This document shows, in pieces, positions 8,598 through 20,356 of a DNA stretch of 42,889 bases. This DNA is from a virus (lineage: Duplodnaviria > Heunggongvirae > Uroviricota > Caudoviricetes). The first letter of the stretch is position 1, and each line of letters opens with the position of its first letter. The notes beneath the pieces were generated by a model that worked only from the letters and a program-made list of their open reading frames with translations, was not told the origin of the DNA and made no database searches. The position numbers were made by a program, and so were the translations under genes. The DNA lies in the IMG/VR virus record IMGVR_UViG_2703718853_000004. The stretch is one strand, 5' to 3'.

Positions 8598-9628
8598 GAG
8601 TATTGCGCCGCATCCAAACCTTTTGAGTTGAGCAAATCCCGAGCCCCTTTCGCCAGACACAGCAGGTCCATATACCACGCCTGCCCGCGAGTATCGCCAG
8701 TATAGTCAATGCTGCCGACAATGTAATCACCGTCGGTATTGATTGCCGCCAGCTGCGACCCGGGAAGCCCATCGACATAGATGTTACCGTCTGTGGTACT
8801 TTCGCCTAATAGACCTAGTGACTGACCAACCTGATCATTACCGAGAGCCTGACGATATACAGAGGCCTGATCCAGCCTGATAAGCCCCCCAAGCTTAATA
8901 TTCGGGTTTATCAGACAGCGTACATTCACCCCGGCGCCCATCGTCTGCTGAGGCATACCGATCAGGCCGGTATTGGCGTTCAGTACAATCGCTTCCTGTA
9001 TGTACTTATCATCAGGAACAATATGCACCTGGTTGTTTTCGTACCACCAGTTAGCCTTACATTGCCCTGCAAGGCTGTACATCAGGCGTCCAGTGTTCTG
9101 ATAAATAGTACGGCCGCGGGGGAATACAGTTGGACCAAAATCCGGCCTGCTTCCCTCTGTAATGCCATAAGGGCTAAGGGACTGCATACCCAAATCAAAC
9201 AGGTCAGCATGCTTCCAGCCTGCCGATACTGTCGTTTTCACGCTGGCGTTGAGATGCCCCTCCCAGCCATCAATACACTGGATGAGCACCCAACTATCGG
9301 TGACGTTATCTTTTCCGGTAACGGTAAAGCGAATATCACCGTTAAAGATGATCCCCACATTTTTATCAGGATAGTTGCCGCTGCTGTCTGCTGTGCCGTT
9401 ATACCCGGCAATAGCCCTTACACGAGTAAATTCTTTACCCATGATCCGGTTTTGAGTCTCCGGCGACAGATTGTAGATTTTGAAGTTACCCACGAATCCG
9501 TTAAAGATAGTCGCGGGCATCTTCTGGATATTAAACGTCACCTTAAAATCCGACAGCGAAATCCCATCACCCTTATCGTCAATAAGCTGCAGCTCAAAGT
9601 GCCGCATCCAGTTCTGAGACATAATCAC
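8594..9628 (-). CDS. Putative baseplate hub / tail protein
   Basis: 344 aa ORF between tape-measure-proximal tail genes and the baseplate cluster. Confidence 0.55.
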   Translation of the reverse strand: MIMSQNWMRHFELQLIDDKGDGISLSDFKVTFNIQKMPATIFNGFVGNFKIYNLSPETQNRIMGKEFTRVRAIAGYNGTADSSGNYPDKNVGIIFNGDIRFTVTGKDNVTDSWVLIQCIDGWEGHLNASVKTTVSAGWKHADLFDLGMQSLSPYGITEGSRPDFGPTVFPRGRTIYQNTGRLMYSLAGQCKANWWYENNQVHIVPDDKYIQEAIVLNANTGLIGMPQQTMGAGVNVRCLINPNIKLGGLIRLDQASVYRQALGNDQVGQSLGLLGESTTDGNIYVDGLPGSQLAAINTDGDYIVGSIDYTGDTRGQAWYMDLLCLAKGARDLLNSKGLDAAQYS

Positions 9629-9927
9629 TCCGTTACTGCGTAGAGATGGCTTTTAATGCCGAGGTCGGTTTGGGTTGGATTATCATTTGCCGGGTCGTCG
9701 CAATTGACATAGAGCGAAAAGCCAAGCCCGAGATAGCGATACTGCGCCAGCAGGTTGGCGCCGGTGATAAGCGGGATCCCCTTTATCAGGTCGGCCCCGG
9801 TACTGTCCATGATATCCAGACACCAGAAAGCACCACGCCAGGTAACAGCCATTTGCAGACTTTGACCTGCCACAGATATGGAGAATCGCTGGTTTTCTGG
9901 TGATAGAGGGATTTCTGAAACAGCCAT
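9625..9927 (-). CDS. Tail/baseplate-associated protein (100 aa)
   Basis: Overlaps neighbours by 4 nt on both sides; position in tail module. Confidence 0.5.
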   Translation of the reverse strand: MAVSEIPLSPENQRFSISVAGQSLQMAVTWRGAFWCLDIMDSTGADLIKGIPLITGANLLAQYRYLGLGFSLYVNCDDPANDNPTQTDLGIKSHLYAVTE

Positions 9928-10527
9928 TTAACCTCCCGAGATGAAACCGACAAACCGGCTTAGTAGCGACTCATCTTTCGGAGTCGGCGTCTTTACCCCT
10001 GAGTTTTGCACCGCTGACGTGTTCACCCCCTCTTTCATGTTTTCCTTCGCTGCCACGCTGACTGTCTGCGTCTGACTGGTGATTATTTCCCTGAGCGTAA
10101 CTGTCGCCATCAGTACGTTTTCGCTGGTACGTTCGGTCGTCACATCCAGAGAGCGGATCACCATATTGGTATAAAGACGTTTCCCGGTGGTCACATCAAG
10201 CAACTGCCTTTCCTGCTGCATTTTGAGCAGCTCAGCATAGACTTCCTTAGGCCCCATGTTGTTAAGGGGCGTAGACAGCCCGATGCCTGCTGTATCATAA
10301 AAATCCAGCAAGGAACCACCACCAGCAAAGCCTATCTCCATAACGACTTCTGACGGGCGCCGATATGCATGGTCTGCAATGAACCCTGTTCCTGCGCTTG
10401 TAGGCCTTTCAACTGGATGCTCTGTCACCTCCAGAGCATCGCTATGACGCTCTGAAACCACCACGTCGGGTATCATCAGACCAATACGGCGGCTCCGCTG
10501 CTGGAAAAGGGTTGAAAGAATATCCAT
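9928..10527 (-). CDS. Tail protein (199 aa)
   Basis: Immediately downstream of the tape measure gene. Confidence 0.5.
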   Translation of the reverse strand: MDILSTLFQQRSRRIGLMIPDVVVSERHSDALEVTEHPVERPTSAGTGFIADHAYRRPSEVVMEIGFAGGGSLLDFYDTAGIGLSTPLNNMGPKEVYAELLKMQQERQLLDVTTGKRLYTNMVIRSLDVTTERTSENVLMATVTLREIITSQTQTVSVAAKENMKEGVNTSAVQNSGVKTPTPKDESLLSRFVGFISGG

Positions 10528-12527
10528 CAGCTCGGCCCCCGGGTTAGTTGCTGGGTTGCGCGTGCATTAACGTTGCCCTGGCTTTCAGAGACGATTTTCC
10601 CCGCCTCTCTCGGATCGCTGATACCAGAAATGTTGATGACGGTATTCTGGTTCAATGTCGCGCCAGCCCCCGGCATATTGCTCAATACCTTGGGGATATA
10701 TTGCCTGGTTTCCTGCGGCATCAGCGCCATGCCGTACTTCTGCACGTTACCAATCCCCCAGTTATAGGAGGCCAGAGCTTTACCCAGATCGCCGCCGTTC
10801 TTCTGCAGGAGCATCGAAAGATATCGCGCCGCCGCTTCCGCTGACTTGATCGGGTCGAAGACATCATTCCCGTGTAGCCCCATATCCCGAGCGGTACCAG
10901 GCATAAACTGGAACATCCCTTGTGCGCCAGCACCGGATACAGCGAACTGATCCCCCCCTGATTCAGTGATAGCGACACTTCGCAGAAGACCAGAAGGCAG
11001 GTTATACATAGCCTCCAGTTTACCCATCATCGGAGCCATCCATCCAAGCAACTGAGCCCCTGCTTTTGAAGGTGACGGTCGTTTAACTGATTGCCCGTAC
11101 TGCGTGGCATCACCATTCCACCAGTCAACAGCCTTATCCCATAACCCCTGCCCGACAGAGGCGGCACCCTGAATAACTGGACTGTCACTCCACGCTGCGG
11201 CTGCGCCTTTAAGCGAATCCCATGCGCCGGAGAAATCACCACTAATAACCTTTCGCAGCGCATCCACCAGCGAACCAAGGATTTTGATTGAACTGCGGAC
11301 GCTTTCGATAATCTGGTCAAACAGCCATTTGCCATTAAATTTCGACGTGTCGATATTAATGAATTCAAGGAATCGCTTACCCAGATCGAGAATGGCAGAA
11401 CCTAGGTCTTTAACCTTCACATAGATGCCACCGAAGTCCTTACTCAGGCTGGCAAAAGCCTTTTGGGCATATTTGATACCCGGCTCCCATTTTCCCCAGT
11501 CTATAAGCGACTGGCCGCCTTCTTTCCATGTGCGGTAATCGTCGTAGAGACCTATCAGCGCAGCACCCAGCATAATGACGCGCCCAATAGGCGACATCGC
11601 AAAGGCACTATTCAGGAGACGCCAGGCAATCATTAGCGCCCCAAACACCTCGATAACCTGTCTGGTTTCGGTACCGAGTGATTTCCACCAGTTGATAATG
11701 TCCCCGGTGAGCTGTATCAACCGATAAACCACCCGGCCAATGATTTCACCAAACCACAGGACACCTTTGATACCAGCAGTGATAGCCCCTTCAATTTTCG
11801 GGAAATTCTCCATGATCTGACGGCGCAGCCTGTCGAGAGAGCCAGCAAGTCCATCAGCGAGACTGGAGCCGATTTTATCCCGTGCCATGCCTGCCATCAG
11901 CCCAAAGGAGCGCAGCGAGGTCATGAATTTATTGGAGCTGACGGCGGCCACATCGGCGTTATAGCCGATCGCCTTCGCCATCGCGGTGTATTCGCCACTA
12001 AACTGGCCGATACCGCGACGCATTGCCATCAGGGTGTTTTCATCCAGACCCAGCATCTGAGCGTACTGGTTCGCGCGGTAATACGGCATGCTGCTAAGAC
12101 GCTGGCCGACGCCGGTAAAGATCGTCGCCATATCCCGCATGTTGCCGCTGGCATCACGCGTTTGAACTCCCAGCCGGTTGAGGAAACCCTCAGCGCCGGG
12201 ATTGTTACGCATGAACCGGGCAAGATTTTCGAGAGAGCCGCGGGCCCCGTCGACACTGCCGCCAACCTGACTAACTGCATACCCTATCTGCTTAATACCC
12301 TCTACCGTCGCGCCTGTGCGCTGAGAGGCCCAGTACAGGTCGTCGAGACCGCTGGCAATTTTCGCGGTGAATGCAACGACGGAAAGCGCCGCCGCCTCAA
12401 CTTTGACGCCCAGCTCAATCGCTTTAAGCGTTGTCCCGGCAACGACGGCATCGAATTTTCTGGCGCCAGCCTCATCAACTTTGAACCCAAGCGAGATCAG
12501 AAAGTCCTTGAGCGTTTCAGCGTTCAT
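10527..12527 (-). CDS. Tail tape measure protein with C-terminal lytic transglycosylase (SLT) domain
   Basis: 666 aa; Ala/Gly-rich helical N-terminal part; C-terminal ITESGGDQFAVSGAGAQGMFQFMPGTARDMGL matches the SLT catalytic-region pattern; follows chaperone, tube and sheath genes. Confidence 0.75.
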   Translation of the reverse strand: MNAETLKDFLISLGFKVDEAGARKFDAVVAGTTLKAIELGVKVEAAALSVVAFTAKIASGLDDLYWASQRTGATVEGIKQIGYAVSQVGGSVDGARGSLENLARFMRNNPGAEGFLNRLGVQTRDASGNMRDMATIFTGVGQRLSSMPYYRANQYAQMLGLDENTLMAMRRGIGQFSGEYTAMAKAIGYNADVAAVSSNKFMTSLRSFGLMAGMARDKIGSSLADGLAGSLDRLRRQIMENFPKIEGAITAGIKGVLWFGEIIGRVVYRLIQLTGDIINWWKSLGTETRQVIEVFGALMIAWRLLNSAFAMSPIGRVIMLGAALIGLYDDYRTWKEGGQSLIDWGKWEPGIKYAQKAFASLSKDFGGIYVKVKDLGSAILDLGKRFLEFINIDTSKFNGKWLFDQIIESVRSSIKILGSLVDALRKVISGDFSGAWDSLKGAAAAWSDSPVIQGAASVGQGLWDKAVDWWNGDATQYGQSVKRPSPSKAGAQLLGWMAPMMGKLEAMYNLPSGLLRSVAITESGGDQFAVSGAGAQGMFQFMPGTARDMGLHGNDVFDPIKSAEAAARYLSMLLQKNGGDLGKALASYNWGIGNVQKYGMALMPQETRQYIPKVLSNMPGAGATLNQNTVINISGISDPREAGKIVSESQGNVNARATQQLTRGPS

Positions 12528-12762
12528 TAGCCTCTCTCCATTTCGCTATACGGTTTTCGTTATCGGCTTTCAGGTCCAGCCAGTCATTCATACGGGCAAT
12601 ATCAGCCAGGTCTACTGATCCATCTTTCAGGGCGGTGTAGGGGATGAGCCCGGCATCCACCGGGCGCATCAGGAAATCCTCGCCTTCTGGCATGGATTCC
12701 AGGGCTGGACCTATGGCTGGGTAGGCGTCTCGCTGGCGGGGAGTTCTTTCAAAAAATTTCCC
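12517..12762 (-). CDS. -1 frame extension ORF of the tail assembly chaperone (gpG/gpGT-like programmed frameshift product)
   Basis: Slippery heptamer G_GGA_AAT (forward 12756..12762) in the chaperone 0-frame; the -1 frame is open from there to a stop at 12517, overlapping the tape measure start. Confidence 0.4.
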   Translation of the reverse strand, partial: GKFFERTPRQRDAYPAIGPALESMPEGEDFLMRPVDAGLIPYTALKDGSVDLADIARMNDWLDLKADNENRIAKWREANER

Positions 12763-13130
12763 AGACTATCGGCGACCACCCGCGCCACCAGCTGCAGCAT
12801 AGTAAACAGGTCGATATCGTCGAACATAAGCACGCCCTGATCGAAGACTTTCGCCCAGCCCTTTTCGTGCTGGCGGGAAACGACACTCAGGCACGGATAA
12901 ATCACCGCGTTAACGTCGTCGTCCGGCAGCGCTGCCAGCGTATCGGCAATTTTCGGCAGTACGCTTTCCAGCACAGCGCCGGAGTTACCAGCGGCGACCT
13001 GAGCCTTCAGCGTAGAGAATTCACTGACCAGACCAGCCAGCACGGGCAGAAGCTTACGACTGACCTTCAGCTGCTGGAAAACGTCGAGTTTCGCTGTGCG
13101 GTAGTTAACGCCCTTAATTTCAAATTCCAT
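12711..13130 (-). CDS. Tail assembly chaperone
   Basis: 139 aa acidic protein between tail tube and tape measure genes, with a downstream -1 frame extension. Confidence 0.55.
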   Translation of the reverse strand: MEFEIKGVNYRTAKLDVFQQLKVSRKLLPVLAGLVSEFSTLKAQVAAGNSGAVLESVLPKIADTLAALPDDDVNAVIYPCLSVVSRQHEKGWAKVFDQGVLMFDDIDLFTMLQLVARVVADSLGNFLKELPASETPTQP

Positions 13131-13133
13131 CGA

Positions 13134-13577
13134 TTAAAACTCCCCCAGCAGTTGGTCAATCTTACCGGCGTCAAATACCCACGACACCGTATTGCCAACC
13201 TTGGCGTTAGCGTGATCCGGCTGCTTCTGGAATGCGCAGCTACGCGCGGTGGTGATATCGCCTGACACCTTGTTTCGGATGACAATCACGTTATTACCCC
13301 AGGTCGCCGAGGACTGGCTCTGCGCGTTATACATCAGGGACAGTTTTTTGTTCACCGGGGACGTTTTCAGCAGGGTAACTGTGATGGTGCCACTCTTACC
13401 GGCGTGCAGGCTGTGCATCACCTCACCATCGGCGCCGACGGTCATGGTGTTTTTTGCCTCGGTCATCGCAACCGTAATACCTTCTTCGGAGTTCGCCGAG
13501 CCGTAGCCCAGATCGATACTGCCGGTTGGGCCCGTCAGGGATGCCGAGACGTCAATAAAACTATAGGTTCCGCTCAT
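13134..13577 (-). CDS. Tail tube protein (DUF3277-like)
   Basis: 147 aa, directly downstream of the sheath-like gene. Confidence 0.6.
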   Translation of the reverse strand: MSGTYSFIDVSASLTGPTGSIDLGYGSANSEEGITVAMTEAKNTMTVGADGEVMHSLHAGKSGTITVTLLKTSPVNKKLSLMYNAQSQSSATWGNNVIVIRNKVSGDITTARSCAFQKQPDHANAKVGNTVSWVFDAGKIDQLLGEF

Positions 13578-13586
13578 GGTCGCTCC

Positions 13587-14732
13587 TTATCGCACCACAT
13601 TGATCTGCACGTCGGCATAGTGAATGGCACCCGCCAGTTTGATCGCCGCCTGAATCACCGGCGACTTACGCGCTTCCCTGTCGGACTGCGCCTGGTTATC
13701 TACTGAATCGGCGTAGACGTAGTAACCCTTGGTCAGTGTGTCACCTGATTCAATCTGGCCGATCGGGCCGCCATTCCATACACCCGGAGCAATAAGGCCG
13801 TTATTTACCGCCTGATCCAGTGAGGCTTCGACGTTGGTCATTAACCGGGTTACGCCCGCGTCGGTTTGCGGAATTTTGGTATTCGAGGTGTACAGCAGGT
13901 TGTAAAGGTTGGTCTGAACGTAGTTCTGCAGCCAGTCCAGCCCGTGGCGCTCATCAAAGAAATCACCGTTCGCCATGACACCCTGCTGGATAATCGCTGT
14001 ATCGTTGGCGTAGTAGACGTAGACGTTACCGTTAATGGCATCAATAGCGGACGCCTGCGCGGTCGTGAGCGTTTCGTACGTCACGCCAGGCTCGGTTTTG
14101 AATTTCAGGGTGATCGTGGTGTTGTTGCCGGTGAAATTCACCGTAAACGCACGGCCAAATGCCGAGATAGCGGCGTATTTGCTGCTGGAGCTGTACTGCC
14201 AGAACGTACGGCTGTAGCCGGCGGCTTTCAGCTTATAGCCGATGTTGTCGGTATTCCCCGAGACCAGCACATTCACATCATCAGTGGTAACGGCCAGAAT
14301 GCGACTCAGGCTGGATGCCTCGATCGCCGCAGCAACCGAAATCACGTCAGCCTCAACCAGATCGGCGCTATCGGCAATCGCCAGCCCGTACCAGTTGGTA
14401 TATTGCAGAGAGGCATTAACCGCCTGCAGCAGCGTTTCAACTGTGCCATCTTCACCTTCCGCCAGCGTCTTCGCCCAGCGGCCGATATAGACCAGCGTCG
14501 GTTTTGGTGATTGTGAAAAGAAGATGGTCGCTGCTTCGTATTCCGGGGAGTCAACGCCAAAATCATCGCCGATATCTTCAATGGCCGAATACTGGCGAAT
14601 GCGCTCGGTAACCGGAATAACGGTAGAGGTTCCCAGAATGAGGAGCGCACCGAAGTTTCGCCCCGTTGCCGCTACCGGTGACATGATGACGTCAACGTTA
14701 ACGACATTGGAAACAGGTAAGCCCTGTGCCAT
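13587..14732 (-). CDS. Tail sheath-like protein (DUF3383-like)
   Basis: 381 aa, upstream of tube and chaperone; implies a contractile tail. Confidence 0.6.
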   Translation of the reverse strand: MAQGLPVSNVVNVDVIMSPVAATGRNFGALLILGTSTVIPVTERIRQYSAIEDIGDDFGVDSPEYEAATIFFSQSPKPTLVYIGRWAKTLAEGEDGTVETLLQAVNASLQYTNWYGLAIADSADLVEADVISVAAAIEASSLSRILAVTTDDVNVLVSGNTDNIGYKLKAAGYSRTFWQYSSSSKYAAISAFGRAFTVNFTGNNTTITLKFKTEPGVTYETLTTAQASAIDAINGNVYVYYANDTAIIQQGVMANGDFFDERHGLDWLQNYVQTNLYNLLYTSNTKIPQTDAGVTRLMTNVEASLDQAVNNGLIAPGVWNGGPIGQIESGDTLTKGYYVYADSVDNQAQSDREARKSPVIQAAIKLAGAIHYADVQINVVR

Positions 14733-14735
14733 GTT

Positions 14736-15276
14736 TTAATCTCCAAAAAATTGCACTGGCGCGTCGACCAGCGATTGAATGCCGTACTGGCGGATGATTT
14801 TGCGGCGCAGGTCAACGCTGATATCGTACCGGCGCACCCACTGGTTATTGATGAGTTCGGGCAGATTGAGGATCCGCCCATGCTGCAGAAATGTCAGGCC
14901 TGAGCGGTTGAGCTCGTCATTGTTCTGCGAGACCAGCAGACCGTCACGAAAGCGCGTGGCCATTGCCAGCCCCTGCGGGCCATAGAAGCACAAGATCAGG
15001 CTCACGGTCTCATGCGACCACTGTTCGGTGTTCTCTTCGCCCTGCACGTACGCCGGGTTGAAGTCCTCCTGAATGCCGGTGATACCGAACGCGCACCAGG
15101 TGGTGCCGTTTTTGGGTATCTGCTTTTGCGGGTCAGTCCAGCGTGGGTAAACCAGCGTGGCAGCCAGCCCTGTCACACCCCGTATCCAGCGGCTGATTAG
15201 CCGTTCCAGATCCTCATCGTAGGGCGGTGAATCACCGACGGGGGTCAGATATCCCGCCGTTGTGCTGTCGTTACTC
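14736..15276 (-). CDS. Structural protein (neck/tail completion candidate); start uncertain
   Basis: ORF 14736..15359 has no internal ATG near the upstream stop; a TTG at 15276 with GGGGGAA SD avoids an 89-nt overlap. Confidence 0.4.
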
Positions 15277-15656
15277 AATCGGCGTTCCCCCGTCAAATTC
15301 CAGCAGCTCGCAATGCGCCTGAACGAACCCGGCACCGTACGCTGTATACGGGTCGACAAACGTCACACGATAATCTCGCCCGCGGTAGGTTACGATATCG
15401 GCATCTAATCCGGGTTGCCCCTGAGTAAGCCTGAACTGCGTCACGATGAGAATGGCCCCGTTGATGTTCTGTCCGGCGGCCATACGCTTAGCCTCAAGCG
15501 AGCGATCGACGGTTACGACACCAGAGAACGGAATAGCCTGCGCGGTATTGGTCGGAAAATTATCTTCGTCCACCGTCTGCACCTGTCGATAACACACCAG
15601 GGACAGGTCGACAAAGTCCGGATCAAGCAGAACATCAGTCACATCGAGAAACGGCA

Positions 15657-15657
<1 letters not shown>
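15271..15657 (-). CDS. Head-tail joining protein candidate (128 aa)
   Basis: Tightly packed between adaptor-like genes. Confidence 0.45.
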
Positions 15658-16838
<1,181 letters not shown>

Positions 16839-16868
16839 TCATGAGCGGCCCTTTCGGGCCGCCGCAGG

Positions 16869-17810
16869 TTAGATGCCGTCGACGTAGGCCAGAGTTTCCG
16901 GATAAACCGGCTCTACTGCACCGAGCTTGCCGTAATAGGTTACGAGCTGATACAGGCCGCGATACTGGATCGGCACGCTCATCAGCGGAACCATCGGGAA
17001 GCGAACGTATTTCTTGTCGTTGGTGTAGAACATCATGCGATCAGAGTTCGACACGCCACGACCTTTCGCCCATTTCACCGGACGGATGTTCAGAGGACGC
17101 CCGTTCTGGTGGTATGCGATGGTGTTGGTTTCCAGATAGGTCAGCAGGGACTGGTTACCAGCGCTGGATACGATGGTGCTTGCCAGCAGAGAGAACTGCT
17201 CCGGCGGGATCAGCAGGTCCGTCGGTACCATGGAGTAAGCCGAGTTGGCCCACGCAGCACTCAACCCGGCATTAATGCTCGCCCGGATTTCGTCAGCGGT
17301 GGAGGTCGCCCAGGTCTTCGCGGCGTTGGTCGGCGTTACCTGCGTCAGGTTCAGCAGGCCTTTAACGTCCAGACCGGAATCGCCGATATAAACCTGCTCG
17401 TCTGTGTCCATGTTCCACTTCAGCTGCATGCCGTCGTACTTCTGTGTGTCGATCGGGCGACCAACCTGCGCAGCTGCCTGCAATTCGGGAACGGTCCATC
17501 CCAGCTCCATACCCCAAAGGGTAAGCGGGAAGCCAGTTTTTGCGATGTCGACGTTAACGCCAGCCAGCGCGGTAGGGATTTTGCTCAGCCAGTTTTTACC
17601 GTTGGCGTTCGGTGTACCGGCAGCGGCAAAGGTGGTGTTAGTGAAAGAGCTGATCTCGTCAGCAATAGACACGTCTTCACGCAACTGGATATCGCGCGAC
17701 CAGGTGAAATTCACCAGCGGCAGATTCAGTGTCTGATCGAGACGCTCCAGCTCATGGACAAGAAAGGCACCAGTGCCGTCGACTGTCGCCTGGTCAAATG
17801 TCATTGGCAT
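16869..17810 (-). CDS. Major capsid protein
   Basis: 313 aa, downstream of scaffold-like and decoration-like genes. Confidence 0.7.
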   Translation of the reverse strand: MPMTFDQATVDGTGAFLVHELERLDQTLNLPLVNFTWSRDIQLREDVSIADEISSFTNTTFAAAGTPNANGKNWLSKIPTALAGVNVDIAKTGFPLTLWGMELGWTVPELQAAAQVGRPIDTQKYDGMQLKWNMDTDEQVYIGDSGLDVKGLLNLTQVTPTNAAKTWATSTADEIRASINAGLSAAWANSAYSMVPTDLLIPPEQFSLLASTIVSSAGNQSLLTYLETNTIAYHQNGRPLNIRPVKWAKGRGVSNSDRMMFYTNDKKYVRFPMVPLMSVPIQYRGLYQLVTYYGKLGAVEPVYPETLAYVDGI

Positions 17811-17821
17811 TTGCGATTTCC

Positions 17822-18316
17822 TTAAATATTGAAGGCCAGCTCAATGTTGCCGCTGGTGTCGCCAGGGCCATTGAAGTAAGCGTTAGTGATCTGGACGGTA
17901 TTCGAGCCATCAGCGGCGGCAAGGAACGCGCCGAGAGGGCTTGAGGCGGATGGTGTGGCCACTCGCATGTAGACCGGGCCATGCAGCGCAACGCTGGATG
18001 CATCCGCGCCGATGTTTACCGTGACGTAACCACGGACCAGGCAATCGCCGGTGAAGTTTTTACCGCTGCCTACCTGCTGGACTTTATCCGGCTGGCTGGC
18101 GGTCGGATACGGACGAACGTAAATGCCCACCAGCACCGACGCTGTATCGCTCGCAGCGATTGGCACAAATTTCCCGGAGGAAATCTTGCCGCCAAGGCCG
18201 TAAGCGGGGAAAAGGTTGGAGGAGTCCAGCAGTTGAGGTTCAACCGTCAGATCCTGCGGACGAGAAATTGCCCCGGCGATGCCCGCTGGCATCCGGTAAA
18301 GAAATGTATTACCCAT
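17822..18316 (-). CDS. Capsid-associated structural protein (decoration/cement candidate)
   Basis: 164 aa between scaffold-like and major capsid genes. Confidence 0.5.
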   Translation of the reverse strand: MGNTFLYRMPAGIAGAISRPQDLTVEPQLLDSSNLFPAYGLGGKISSGKFVPIAASDTASVLVGIYVRPYPTASQPDKVQQVGSGKNFTGDCLVRGYVTVNIGADASSVALHGPVYMRVATPSASSPLGAFLAAADGSNTVQITNAYFNGPGDTSGNIELAFNI

Positions 18317-18319
18317 TGG

Positions 18320-19522
18320 TTAGCCTCGTTTAGACCAGAATTCCTGCGCGGCCTGATTCATACCGGCAATGGTTTTAACAGTGGTGGCAGTCTGCGTTTG
18401 CAGGCTGTCGACGGTTTTGGTATTGCGGTTTTTCGCCAGCTCAGAAACAGCCGTGAAAGCCATATCTACCGTGGCTTTTTTCAGCTTACTGATATCGGCA
18501 TCACCGACAATAGAGCGCACCAGAGATTGATCTGCAGAGGCGAGCACCTGACGCTTGAATGCTGTCGGCTTCGCCTTCTCTGGCAACTGGATGCCTGGCT
18601 GAATCAGATCGGCACGGTAAGCGGCGTCGCCGGTAACCTTACCCTCTTCTTCCTTTTTCTCCTCTTCATCCTCGGCATCGCCGGTACCAGGAGCAGTTGC
18701 CGCAGGCGTGAGTTTGGCAACCGCCTCAATCAGCGCCTTACCCCATGCAGGAATTTCTTCCTCACCATCGCCGGTACCAGGCAATGCCGGGCCGGGAAGC
18801 GGATTTTGCGGCGCAAGGTTAATGACTACGCCGCCGGGTGTCATAGAGGTCGATACATCGTTATCGCCCGTGACATCATCAGGCGGGTTATCAATGAGAC
18901 TTGCCATTTCGGCAGCGTCCCCGGTTTTACGGGCCTTCAGGAGCCGGGTAAACCAGTTTTTAGTAGTGCTTGGCATAGAATCCCCTATTGCACAACGGAA
19001 ACCGGCCCGCCCGTTAGGGACAAGGGCCAGATGGTTAGCGGTAATCGCAGATTGCTTTGCGAGACCAGGTGAAATCTGTTCGTAATCGGCGTCATATCCG
19101 CAGCTGACCTCATCATCACCATCATCAATGGCCTGCAGGGCTTCCGGGGTTTTGACGATGACATCAGCCAGCAGCAGATCGGTTTTATCATCTGTGCCGC
19201 GTCGTACGTTCTGGATGTGGCCGTGAGCCAGCTGGCGCCAGTTATCAGGGGTAACAAAGATGATCTGCCCGTCAAAATCTCGCGGATGTCCGATAGTGAC
19301 CGCCATTCCTTCGAATGACGCCATGGCTCGCTCGCTGAACACCTCTTCTGGCATCCGGCGTACGATGACCTTCCCTCTGTCGTTTGGGACAAGCTCAGGC
19401 CGCTCTGTGGCGTCGTACTCCTGCTCGCCAGTCCTTGCAATCGGGACGTCCTTAAACAGGACTGACCCATCAGCAAGTTGAAATCGAGTATTGCCCAGGC
19501 GGGTTTTAAAGAAATATTTCAT
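18320..19522 (-). CDS. Prohead scaffold / DUF2213-like protein
   Basis: 400 aa with acidic, Pro/Gly/Glu-rich C-terminal half typical of scaffolding proteins. Confidence 0.55.
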   Translation of the reverse strand: MKYFFKTRLGNTRFQLADGSVLFKDVPIARTGEQEYDATERPELVPNDRGKVIVRRMPEEVFSERAMASFEGMAVTIGHPRDFDGQIIFVTPDNWRQLAHGHIQNVRRGTDDKTDLLLADVIVKTPEALQAIDDGDDEVSCGYDADYEQISPGLAKQSAITANHLALVPNGRAGFRCAIGDSMPSTTKNWFTRLLKARKTGDAAEMASLIDNPPDDVTGDNDVSTSMTPGGVVINLAPQNPLPGPALPGTGDGEEEIPAWGKALIEAVAKLTPAATAPGTGDAEDEEEKKEEEGKVTGDAAYRADLIQPGIQLPEKAKPTAFKRQVLASADQSLVRSIVGDADISKLKKATVDMAFTAVSELAKNRNTKTVDSLQTQTATTVKTIAGMNQAAQEFWSKRG

Positions 19523-19544
19523 GGGTTACCTGCTGAATTGCGGG

Positions 19545-19580
19545 CATTGAAAAGGCCGCTCATTGGCGGCCTGTTATTTT
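19545..19580. terminator. Hairpin with flanking A/T runs (attenuator or terminator) after the head morphogenesis gene
   Basis: GGCCGC-tcattg-GCGGCC stem-loop flanked by AAAA and TGTTATTTT. Confidence 0.45.
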
Positions 19581-20356
19581 ACCTGGTCAGGTATTTGCAC
19601 TTCCGACCAACACTTGCAGTTAGGCAGGCACCCGGCGTGTCCGGTCATGCCATCGAGCGTTGGCGGGCTATCCCAGCGCACAAACTTATCTTTCATTTTT
19701 CGGTGTGATGGCCTGGTGCCTGCACCTTCAATGCGCCACCAGTACCCCTCAGAACCAACGGACAGCGCCCGAGCCTGAGTTAATGCTGTAGTGGCACGCC
19801 CTATCTCAGTGCGGGCTATCATCCGCGCCCTGCTGGCTGCCACGTCGCCGGACTGCATGATCATCTCGTAAAGCTGATCGGGGCGCTCACCATGAATGAC
19901 AGCCTGTATCGCACGCTCCTGAATTTCCCTGACTCGTCCGGCCGCCTCTAATGGCAGAGACTTCATGTAGCGAATCTGTCGGTAAACGATATCCTGCGCC
20001 ACCATGCCGACTGGTGTGTTACTAATCACGTCACGCAGACCAGCGGAAATTTCTTCCGAAACAGAGCGCCACTGATTCCACTCTTCACGCTCCACCTGGG
20101 CAAACATCTTTCGACCGACCATTTCGGCCCAGTCGTCGATCACCACGGAGTAGTCAACAAGCGATTTAGCAATGCTCTCAGCGCTTGCCTGTGAACCATC
20201 GTAGGAGCCCGTAACGATTTGGTTTATCTGGTCGACTATCGCCAGTAGGCTTTTCTGATACTGGACCTCCGATCGGCGGCGGAGGGCTGGTTTCAGATTC
20301 AGTCTCCTGCCACTGTTTCGCCGCATTCTGGATATCCTCATCGCTAATTGAAGCAC
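19574..20356 (-). CDS. Head morphogenesis protein (Mu gpF / SPP1 gp7-like minor capsid protein); start uncertain
   Basis: 260 aa ORF; its first Met overlaps the portal 3' end by 179 nt, so the true start may be downstream or non-ATG. Confidence 0.55.
   Translation of the reverse strand: MLQLAMRISRMRRNSGRRLNLKPALRRRSEVQYQKSLLAIVDQINQIVTGSYDGSQASAESIAKSLVDYSVVIDDWAEMVGRKMFAQVEREEWNQWRSVSEEISAGLRDVISNTPVGMVAQDIVYRQIRYMKSLPLEAAGRVREIQERAIQAVIHGERPDQLYEMIMQSGDVAASRARMIARTEIGRATTALTQARALSVGSEGYWWRIEGAGTRPSHRKMKDKFVRWDSPPTLDGMTGHAGCLPNCKCWSEVQIPDQVK

Noticed and set aside
17981-19072. 363-aa plus-strand ORF antisense to scaffold and capsid-decoration genes, and similar long antisense ORFs (9023..9643, 13866..14510, 17109..17825, 20766..21683, 25426..26088)
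   Set aside because: They lie opposite well-supported, tightly coupled structural genes in GC-rich DNA, have Arg/His/Cys-rich low-complexity translations and no SD; typical spurious antisense frames.
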